From Nitrospinales bacterium (GTDB lineage: Bacteria > Nitrospinota > Nitrospinia > Nitrospinales > VA-1): DNA of 64,000 nt. Where the stretch lies: assembly GCA_965223795.1 (NCBI GenBank), contig CBDCXL010000002.1:2308030-2372029 (forward strand), read 5' to 3'. Position numbers and translations under genes: made by a program. Shown piece by piece: positions 56,448 to 64,000 of this stretch; position 1 is the stretch's first letter; each line of letters starts with the position of its first letter. The notes under the pieces are model-generated. The model worked only from the letters and a program-made list of their open reading frames with translations, did no database searches and was not told where the DNA came from.

Positions 56448-58400
56448 ATGGCACTCGATTACCGGGTCTTCAAATCCTCCGAGCCGTCCGCCGACAGCGA
56501 TAAACGACAAAATTATTTCGATTTCAATCCTCATCTTGCCTATTTGATTCGAAGAGCGAGCACGGGAGATCCTGAACTCGTGCAGGATATTCTGAAAATG
56601 ATCGGAGAGTTGAGCGCTCAGCATCTCGCGCCCAGGGCAGACGCAAACGACAAGGCAGGATGCCGCCTGAAATGGCACGTCGGAGATGTCGCTTTATCGC
56701 AATCTGAATTTAAAAAATTCAATGAACTGAAAGGAACAGCGGAATACCGCCCTGAGGAACCTGCCAGCGCCGTGGACAAGGCGCTGCAGGCCGCGAGTGC
56801 CGATCCCGAAATCCCGATCTATTCGGATGTCGTTTTGCCGCCCGGGGCTGTAGAGCAAATGAATCTGCTGCGAGAGCACGATCTGATCGGGATTGCCCTG
56901 CCTGAAACTTATGGTGGTACTTCTCTGTCACACATGGTCAACGGAGCCGCCCTGCTTTTTTATTCTCAGGCGGACGCCGCCTTGCTGCTGCGGGTCATGC
57001 TGACAGAAGGCGTCGCGGAGCTCATAGAGCATTTTGCCGACGACGCGTTGAAAGATAAATACCTGCCGTTGCTCTGCTCTGGCGATCCCGGGAATCATCA
57101 CATCGGAGCGATGCTGATCACGGAACCCGATGCGGGATCGGATTTGCGGGGGATTGCGGTGAAAGCGGTTAAAAAAGACGGCCGTTATTTCATTGGCGGC
57201 CGAAAAATATTCATCACCAATCCCGATGCGGATGTTTCGATCGTCCTGGCCCGCATGGACGGGGCCGCGCACGCGTCCCTGGAAGGGTTGAGTCTATTTC
57301 TGGTTCCCAAATTCATTGTGGACGAAACAGAAAACCGAAAAAGAAATCGAATCCTCATCGAAAACCTGGAGGAAAAGCTAGGCATTCACGCCTCGCCCAC
57401 GGGCTCCGTCTTTTTTAAGGGGGCGCACGCGCATCTGATCGGAAGGGAAGGCGAGGGGCTCAAGCAGATGTTGTATCTGATGAACAAATCCAGATTGGGA
57501 ATCGGCATTCAAGGGCTCGGGATCGCGGAACGCGCCTTCCTGGAGTCGGCGGTGTTCTGCACGGAAAGAAAGCAGTTCGGAAAGATCCTTGCGGAACTTC
57601 CCTTGATGCAGGAAATCCTCGCAAGCATGCGGATTGAAATCGAAGGTGCCACCAGTTTTATCTTCAAGGCTTACGACTGCATCGATCGATATTTCGCCTT
57701 GAACAATGACAATCAAGAAACAGATTCCATCACACCAGAGAATGGAGAACTCCGGTATTACCAAAAGTTGATTCGAATATTGACGCCCCTGGCGAAATAT
57801 CACGGATCCCGGCTCGGTGTTTCGATGGCGGACCGGGCCGTGAGCAATTTTGGCGGCTACGGCTATATCAACGAATTTAAGGTGGAGCGCCTGATCCGGG
57901 ATGCCAAAATCGCAACCATTTACGAGGGAACCAACAACATGATGGTTCTGGATGTTCAACGGTCCATCGTCAAAGAGGGGACTCTGGAGGTCCTGATCGA
58001 GGATATGCAAGCCAATCTGAAAAACGTGAAGGAGGATCTTTTACTGCCTTCTAAAGAACTCACGAATCGATGTGTTTCTCAATTGCACGCTGTCCGCAAA
58101 ACCATCATGCGATCCCCGGAATCTGACATTGCCGCGCAAGTGGAAGCGCGTAAATTCGCGGAATTTTTGATCCACGTTTATCAGGCAGGCCTGATGCTCG
58201 AAGAAGCGCAGCATCAAATGGACAGTGAGGGAGACTTGCGAAAAGCGGTGATGGCCATAAAATTCAGCAACGACACCTTGTTGCCGCCGGGCGAGCGCAT
58301 CACCGCAAAGAACCTGTCGGTAAAGTTTTTCAATTCGATTTTCTATCACCAGAAATTGAGCTATACGGACTATCAATCCGCCGTTGCTTGCAAGGCGTAA
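56448..58400 (+). CDS. Long acyl-CoA dehydrogenase-family protein (650 aa)
   Basis: The ACAD middle and C-terminal domains are LITEPDAGSD, FITN, GEGLKQM and IYEGTNNMM. There is also an N-terminal extension of ~140 aa and a C-terminal extension of ~130 aa. Confidence 0.85.
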   Translation: MALDYRVFKSSEPSADSDKRQNYFDFNPHLAYLIRRASTGDPELVQDILKMIGELSAQHLAPRADANDKAGCRLKWHVGDVALSQSEFKKFNELKGTAEYRPEEPASAVDKALQAASADPEIPIYSDVVLPPGAVEQMNLLREHDLIGIALPETYGGTSLSHMVNGAALLFYSQADAALLLRVMLTEGVAELIEHFADDALKDKYLPLLCSGDPGNHHIGAMLITEPDAGSDLRGIAVKAVKKDGRYFIGGRKIFITNPDADVSIVLARMDGAAHASLEGLSLFLVPKFIVDETENRKRNRILIENLEEKLGIHASPTGSVFFKGAHAHLIGREGEGLKQMLYLMNKSRLGIGIQGLGIAERAFLESAVFCTERKQFGKILAELPLMQEILASMRIEIEGATSFIFKAYDCIDRYFALNNDNQETDSITPENGELRYYQKLIRILTPLAKYHGSRLGVSMADRAVSNFGGYGYINEFKVERLIRDAKIATIYEGTNNMMVLDVQRSIVKEGTLEVLIEDMQANLKNVKEDLLLPSKELTNRCVSQLHAVRKTIMRSPESDIAAQVEARKFAEFLIHVYQAGLMLEEAQHQMDSEGDLRKAVMAIKFSNDTLLPPGERITAKNLSVKFFNSIFYHQKLSYTDYQSAVACKA

Positions 58401-58642
58401 TAAAAGCTTTCAACTTCTAGCTGTTGTTATATTTGAACGAAAGTGAATAAACTCAGAGCTCATCGTTCCGCTCTGAAATAGAGAGGTCGAACCAGGTCGT
58501 GTTTGCACTTAAAACGCTTCTAATCCCGCCCCTAAACCAAATGGTTGACCTCACGGCAATGCGATTGATAAGTATGGGGTTATAGCGATATTCGGGTATT
58601 GCCAAATCGGCTGGAAAGTGTATATTGGAAAGAGGGAGGGGA

Positions 58643-59851
58643 ATGGATTCGCACCGGGAGTTTTCCATGCATCCGTTCGAAAGGGTCTCCTACATCTACA
58701 GCGCAGTCCGCACACCCATTGGTAAATTCAACGGGTCTCTCGCCTCCGTTCCCGCAGTGAACCTGGCTGCGATCGCCATCCAAGAAGCGGTTCAACAAAG
58801 TCACGTTCCCATAACCCGTATCAGTGAGGTCATCATGGGCAACGTCCTTTCCGCCGGACTGGGTCAGAATCCCGCACGACAAGCTTCCATCAAAAGCGGC
58901 TTACCCGTTTCCGTGGGAGCGACCACCGTGAACAAGGTCTGCGGCTCCGGATTGAAGGCCGTCATGCTGGCGGACAATTCAGTGCGTTTGAACGAAGCCG
59001 ATTTTGTGGTGGCAGGAGGCATGGAAAGCATGAGCCAGGCGCCCTTTTTAATCCAAAAAGTCCGCCAGGGTCTCAAGCTTGGAAACCACGAACTCATTGA
59101 CAGCATGATGCACGATGGGCTGTGCGACAGTTTCAGCAAACTAAACATGGGGGAAATCGCCGATAAGCTGGCCCGGAAAGAATCCTACACACGGGAACAG
59201 CAGGACGACTTCGCCAGAAATAGTTTTCACCGCGCAAGAGAGACGCAGGATCGATGTCTTTTTTCAAAGGAAATCGTCGCCGTTCCGGTCCAGCACCGGG
59301 GTAAAGAAACACAGATCGTCAAGGACGAAGCGCCTTATTCCTACGACCTGGAAAAACTCTCCACCTTGCCGCCGGCTTTTGACAGGGAAAGAGGAACCGT
59401 GACCGCAGGCAACGCATCGAGCCTCAATGATGGGGCTGCGGCGCTGCTAGTGGGCGGCCACAGTGAGAACCTGCGGCCCCTGGCACGGATCTGCGGGCAC
59501 GCGACGCATTCGCAGGCACCCGAGGAGTTTCCCGTCGCTCCTGCCGGCGCCATTAAAAAATTGATAAGTCGTTGGCAAGTTTCCCTGGAAGAGATCGATC
59601 TTTTCGAAATCAATGAAGCATTTGCGGTTTCCACGCTGGCCGTCTGCGACCGTCTCGGCCTGAATTTGAATAAAGTGAATGTGCATGGAGGGTCTGTGGC
59701 TTTGGGGCATCCCATCGGCGCCTCGGGCGCTCGAATTCTTGTGACCCTCATTCACGCTTTGAAAGCAAGGAAATTGTCCAAAGGCATCGCCAGTCTCTGT
59801 CTGGGGGGTGGAGAAGCGGTCGCCCTCGGACTGGAAATGATCGACGATTGA
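58643..59851 (+). CDS. Acetyl-CoA C-acetyltransferase (thiolase II)
   Basis: AVRTPIGKFNGSL, NKVCGSGLKA (active-site Cys), NEAFA, NVHGGSVALGHPIGASGAR and LCLGGG support the call. The start is uncertain (TTG 58625, ATG 58643 or ATG 58667). Confidence 0.9.
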   Translation: MDSHREFSMHPFERVSYIYSAVRTPIGKFNGSLASVPAVNLAAIAIQEAVQQSHVPITRISEVIMGNVLSAGLGQNPARQASIKSGLPVSVGATTVNKVCGSGLKAVMLADNSVRLNEADFVVAGGMESMSQAPFLIQKVRQGLKLGNHELIDSMMHDGLCDSFSKLNMGEIADKLARKESYTREQQDDFARNSFHRARETQDRCLFSKEIVAVPVQHRGKETQIVKDEAPYSYDLEKLSTLPPAFDRERGTVTAGNASSLNDGAAALLVGGHSENLRPLARICGHATHSQAPEEFPVAPAGAIKKLISRWQVSLEEIDLFEINEAFAVSTLAVCDRLGLNLNKVNVHGGSVALGHPIGASGARILVTLIHALKARKLSKGIASLCLGGGEAVALGLEMIDD

Positions 59852-59911
59852 GCTCGTTGCAAGGATGATTCTATTTCCGGTTGGCAGTTTCTAATCCGAA
59901 AAGGAAACGTC

Positions 59912-62900
59912 ATGGGGAAATTACCTCAAAACAGATTACAGAATAAAAAGCGGGGTCCAGCCGCAACCACTCCCAATATGTTCCTGCAGAAAAACAGATT
60001 TTCACTGGAAGAGGAGCGCTATCTGGGCACGAAAGGAAAGATTCACCTGACGGGCATTCAGGCCCTGGTGCGGCTTCCTTTTGACAACCTGCGCCTTTTG
60101 CAAACGATTTTTCCGAAAAAGAAATTTGCCTATTTCATTTCCGGTTACGAAGGCAGTCCTCTGGGCGGACTGGATATCAATTTAAGAAAGATGTATTCCC
60201 TGTTGAAAGAATGGAACATCATTCATTTGCCCGGCGGCAATGAGGAAGCGGGCGCAAACATGGTATGGGGAAGCCAGCTTCACCGTCTGTTCGGTTCCGC
60301 AAAGGTGGACGGCGTCATCGGTGCCTGGTATGGAAAAGGTCCGGGGGTTCGGCGCATTTCCGACGTCGAAGATCACATGCAGATGGCGGGATTGGATAAG
60401 TTCTGCGCCGCCTACTTCATGAGCGGCGACGACCACACCAGCAAAAGCAGCACCACGCCGCATCAGACCGACTATGTGCATTTTGCCAACCAGGTGCCCA
60501 CCGCTTACCCGGGCAATATCCAGGAGATCCTGGACATCGGGAAAAAAGCCACCCTTGCGTCCATGATTTCCGGGCTGGCCGTCAATCTGAAAGTGGAGAC
60601 TTTCGTCTGCGACGGCTCACAGGAATTTATTCTGGATCCCCATGAGGATTTGGAACTGGCCGAGAAATTCACTGCGTTTCTGGAGGAACATGCCGATTAC
60701 AAAAGGCATTTCAGTCCGGTCCTGCTGAAACCCCGTGTTTTGGAGAACGAGGAAGAGCTTTTTTATTCCAAATTGCCCATGCTGAAAGAAATCTCGAAGC
60801 AATTCAAATTCGATATCTGGAAAAACCGGAAATTGAAATCCGAATTTGGAATTGTGGCGACCGGAAAGAGCTATTACGACCTGATGGGCGCCCTGACGCA
60901 AATGGGCATTTTGGAAGAAGAAGTTGAAATATACAAACCGATGTTCGTCTGGCCGCCGGACACGGATTCCTTCCGGGAATTCATCCGGGGAAAAAAACAA
61001 ATCATCGTGATCGAGGAAAAACGGTCCTTTTTCGAAAACCACATCAAGAATGAATTTTTCAATGACACGAACCGACCTGCGGTCATCGGGAAATACGACG
61101 AGAACGGAAATGTTTTATTCCGGCAAAACTCCAATTTCGACGCTGATTACATCGTTCATGTTCTCGGTGGGATTCTTGCCCGCAAAGACCAGTTCAAGGA
61201 CCGGCATATCGAACGCATTGTCGATGAAAAAGAGAAATTAAATCACGTTTCCATCCCCGAAGAACTCACCGTTAAGCGGCCCCCGGCGTATTGTTCCGGT
61301 TGCCAGCACCGGACGGCGCTGGAAATTTCCGGCCACGACAATGAAAAGGGAACTTCAGAATCGATCCTGGTGGAAAACAAGGATCTCGACGGCAATCGCG
61401 TCCAGGTGGAGATCTCTCCCAAGCACCTGATGGGCATCGGCATTGGGTGTTCCACCATGGCCATCATCGACAGTCTGGCGAGCAACCGCGCGATAGTGGT
61501 GGGGCCCATGGCCAGCGAAGGACTGCTCTGGATGGGCGCTTCGGTATTCAGTTTTCGAACCCATGCGGACCAGGGATGTGGAGATGGTACCTATTTTCAT
61601 TCCGCCCGGCTCAATATCAGTTTCATCCGCGATGCCATTGAGCACTTAAAAGTGCACTACGATATCGACGACACCCACCAGACGCTTCTTTATGTGGACA
61701 ACAGTGTTGTAGCCATGACGGGAGGCCAACGTCCCATCGGTCAGGACGATCCGGAAACCGCTATATCCAGCATCAAAAAGGAAGGTATTGAAAACATCGC
61801 GCTGGTCGCGGAATACCCCGAGGAGTTCAAACACCTCAAGAAAAAGTACGGCATCGAGACCTATCACAAATCCGATACTTTGAGGGTGAAAGAAGAGTTT
61901 TCAAATAAATCCGGACTCAGCGTGATCTGGTATGTGCAGAAATGTGGCATCGAAAAAGTTCGGGAGCGAAAGAGGCACCAGGAACTGGCTCCCAGAATGC
62001 GGGTCCACGTCAATACAGAAGTGTGCGAGAACTGCGGCGATTGCGGTTTGAAAGCGAAATGCGCTTCCGTCTGGCAGACCGATACCGAATTCGGTCCGAA
62101 AGTGAGGATCCATGAATACAGCTGCATCCAGGATTTTGGTTGCGCCAAAGGCGAGTGCCCCTCTTATGTCAATATTTACACCCGAAGTGGCAACCCCTAT
62201 AAAAAAGTGGATTTGGACAAACTGTCTCTGCGGGACGAAGACCTGCCCGATCCCAATCGAGAGATTCATCCCGACAAAATTTTCAAAATCTACTCGGTGG
62301 GAATCGGCGGATGGGGACTCATGACCGCTTATGAAATTCTAGCCAGAGCCGCTTCTATCGAAGGCATGCATGTCGTCAAAGAAGATGACACCGGGTTGTC
62401 CCAAAAGGGAGGAGAGGTGCGCAACAGCCTGAAGATTTCCTACAAGAACAAAAAACTGATCGAAGGATTTAAAATTGAGGCTGGAGGTGCCGACTTATAC
62501 ATGTGCTCGGATTTGATCGGAGCGGTGAATCCGGAGAATCTGAAGGAAACCTCCAGAAAAAAAACCAAGGCCATTATCAATACGGAAAAAATACCCACCA
62601 TGCCCATGATCGTCGGCAAGGATACATTCCCCGATCCTGAAGCCCTGAAAAAAATCGTCACCGATCACACTCGAAAGGGAAAAAATATATTTGTCAATGC
62701 GACCGAAATCGTGGAAGGCCTGTTTAAAGATTTCAAACCAACCAATCTATTTTTGTTGGGTGTTGCTTTCCAGGGCATCAAAGACTTTCCTGTAAAATAC
62801 GCTAAAAACATTGAAAACGCCATTTTTCTCAACGGGGTGGATGTTGAGAAGAACATTCAGGCGTTCCGCTATGGAAGGCTGTATGAATTCGCTCCCGAGA

Positions 62901-63775
62901 AAGTGCTTTCTCTGATTCGTTCACCCGAGCCCACCGTCGAAGATAAAATACAAGGGTATGAACAAAAGCTGCGTGGAAAGGACAAATCGCGTTTCAGCGA
63001 CTTGGTGAGGCGCATCGATTTTAATGAAGATTACCGAGGGAAATTTGCACGTGAAATTTACGAGTTGATTCGTTTCCAAAATGCAAAATACGCCGAGGAA
63101 TTCGTCAACTTCGTTCAAAGGGTGTTCCTGATCGACACCGATCAGTTCCCCGCAAACCGGCTTGTCCTGACAAAGACCGTGGCGGATCATTTGTATGATG
63201 TCATGGCTTACAAAGACGAGTACCGGGTGGCCGATCTGTTGACCCGCCCTGAAGAAATTCAAAAAATACTGGATTCGTATGAAGACGGGGAGGTGGTCAA
63301 AATTCGATTCCTTTTGCGGCCTCCCATTCTCGAACATTTTCCCTGGATCAAAGACCTTAAATTTGTCAGAGATAAATTTGAAAAAGATGATAAATGGGAA
63401 GTGCCCGGATGGATGCTGACTATCCTCAGGCACTTTAAGTTTCTGCGTGGAACGGCATTCGATGTTTTGGCCTGGGGAAATGCAACCAGAATCGAAGAAA
63501 AAAAGGCGATCTCAATATACAGGCAAAGAATGGAAGGAATTCTCGCTCTATTGAATGACTCTAATTACGAGGCTGCCTGTGCTGCTGCCACTTATCCGAG
63601 CCTCGCCACGGGTTATGAAACGGTGAAGAAGAAGCACAGTCAGGTCGCTGAAGCGTTTTGGAGCAAAAAATGGACTGAGCTTGAAAACAGCGTTCAACTT
63701 CCTGGCGGGAATGATAAGAACTCCAATCGACACCGCCGATCGGAATCCTCGCTCTCCAGCGCGAATCCAGAATGA
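59912..63775 (+). CDS. Fused indolepyruvate:ferredoxin oxidoreductase-family protein (IorA-IorB-like 2-oxoacid:ferredoxin oxidoreductase, 1,287 aa)
   Basis: The N-terminal pattern RYLGTKGKIHLTGIQALVRLPFD...ISGYEGSPLGGLD is typical of single-polypeptide IOR-family proteins. The ferredoxin-type clusters are CENCGDCGLKAKC and CIQDFGCAKGECP. An IorB-like nucleotide-binding segment, IYSVGIGGWGLMT, is also present. Confidence 0.85.
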   Translation: MGKLPQNRLQNKKRGPAATTPNMFLQKNRFSLEEERYLGTKGKIHLTGIQALVRLPFDNLRLLQTIFPKKKFAYFISGYEGSPLGGLDINLRKMYSLLKEWNIIHLPGGNEEAGANMVWGSQLHRLFGSAKVDGVIGAWYGKGPGVRRISDVEDHMQMAGLDKFCAAYFMSGDDHTSKSSTTPHQTDYVHFANQVPTAYPGNIQEILDIGKKATLASMISGLAVNLKVETFVCDGSQEFILDPHEDLELAEKFTAFLEEHADYKRHFSPVLLKPRVLENEEELFYSKLPMLKEISKQFKFDIWKNRKLKSEFGIVATGKSYYDLMGALTQMGILEEEVEIYKPMFVWPPDTDSFREFIRGKKQIIVIEEKRSFFENHIKNEFFNDTNRPAVIGKYDENGNVLFRQNSNFDADYIVHVLGGILARKDQFKDRHIERIVDEKEKLNHVSIPEELTVKRPPAYCSGCQHRTALEISGHDNEKGTSESILVENKDLDGNRVQVEISPKHLMGIGIGCSTMAIIDSLASNRAIVVGPMASEGLLWMGASVFSFRTHADQGCGDGTYFHSARLNISFIRDAIEHLKVHYDIDDTHQTLLYVDNSVVAMTGGQRPIGQDDPETAISSIKKEGIENIALVAEYPEEFKHLKKKYGIETYHKSDTLRVKEEFSNKSGLSVIWYVQKCGIEKVRERKRHQELAPRMRVHVNTEVCENCGDCGLKAKCASVWQTDTEFGPKVRIHEYSCIQDFGCAKGECPSYVNIYTRSGNPYKKVDLDKLSLRDEDLPDPNREIHPDKIFKIYSVGIGGWGLMTAYEILARAASIEGMHVVKEDDTGLSQKGGEVRNSLKISYKNKKLIEGFKIEAGGADLYMCSDLIGAVNPENLKETSRKKTKAIINTEKIPTMPMIVGKDTFPDPEALKKIVTDHTRKGKNIFVNATEIVEGLFKDFKPTNLFLLGVAFQGIKDFPVKYAKNIENAIFLNGVDVEKNIQAFRYGRLYEFAPEKVLSLIRSPEPTVEDKIQGYEQKLRGKDKSRFSDLVRRIDFNEDYRGKFAREIYELIRFQNAKYAEEFVNFVQRVFLIDTDQFPANRLVLTKTVADHLYDVMAYKDEYRVADLLTRPEEIQKILDSYEDGEVVKIRFLLRPPILEHFPWIKDLKFVRDKFEKDDKWEVPGWMLTILRHFKFLRGTAFDVLAWGNATRIEEKKAISIYRQRMEGILALLNDSNYEAACAAATYPSLATGYETVKKKHSQVAEAFWSKKWTELENSVQLPGGNDKNSNRHRRSESSLSSANPE

Positions 63776-63781
63776 TTCGCT

Positions 63782-64000
63782 TCATGACAATTCAATCACG
63801 TTCTCATACACTCCCAATCTGACCTGCAACCCGTTCTCCACACTACGAGATGAAGGCACCGTGAATCTCCCCGTCCGGGTAAAAGAAAGCATAGCGCCGA
63901 AATTCACATAGCCGTCATCGGGGTAAACAACGCTGCAATTTTTGATCAGTTCGCCCACACTGTTTTTCGGTCCCTTGAGAACGGGTGCCTGCTTCCTTTT
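63782..64000 (-). CDS. 3' end of an unidentified ORF entering from beyond the window
   Basis: I translated the minus frame by hand. It is open from 64000 to TGA at 63782-63784 (...KGPKNSVGELIKNCSVVYPDDGYVNFGAMLSFTRTGRFTVPSSRSVENGLQVRLGVYENVIELS). It is not in the ORF track because no start lies in the window. It converges on the IOR-family gene. Confidence 0.35.
   Translation of the reverse strand, partial: KRKQAPVLKGPKNSVGELIKNCSVVYPDDGYVNFGAMLSFTRTGRFTVPSSRSVENGLQVRLGVYENVIELS

Overview
This is a 64-kb bacterial chromosomal window, densely coded on both strands. The core is GC-rich (40/60 G+C in one hand-counted line at 40081). I found no rRNA and no CRISPR array.

Positions 1-48,000 look like core genome:
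- Serine biosynthesis: serA plus a class-V aminotransferase.
- Signalling: an HDOD gene, two histidine kinases, an orphan CheY-like receiver, and a CpxP/CpxR/CpxA-like unit followed by a low-GC MepA endopeptidase.
- A CPA1 antiporter, and nucleotide-hygiene genes (dGTPase-like, dut, macro domain).
- An ABC/GldG-like/DUF4340 module.
- A tandem array of four flagellin genes with FlaG. Three of the flagellins have recognisable sigma-28 promoters and long leaders.
- hisA-hisF, envelope-sugar genes (rfbC, O-antigen-ligase family, SpsF-like cytidylyltransferase), and a 1-Cys peroxiredoxin.

tRNA-Lys(CTT) lies at 48056-48131. It is followed immediately by AT-rich filler and a decayed DDE transposase. 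A lower-GC block of at least 14 kb then begins (29/60 in the line at 50101) and runs off the window. That block encodes:
- an IcmF-like B12 acyl-CoA mutase split into two ORFs;
- PrpD and PrpB homologues and a divergent citrate-synthase homologue;
- a 650-aa acyl-CoA dehydrogenase and a thiolase;
- a 1,287-aa fused indolepyruvate:ferredoxin-oxidoreductase-family protein.

This block is my best candidate for a horizontally acquired, not yet described 2-oxoacid / branched acyl-CoA / propionyl-CoA catabolic module.

Other points worth a second look:
- a sigma-28-type promoter in front of an unannotatable acidic protein;
- a 1.2-kb gene-free AT-rich segment with repeated GCCGAT boxes;
- a zinc-ribbon protein with a polyacidic tail;
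- three frame breaks (the HDOD gene, a Cys-rich small gene, the mutase junction) that could be biology or assembly indels.

All calls rest on reading the supplied translations and the DNA by eye. No database search was run.
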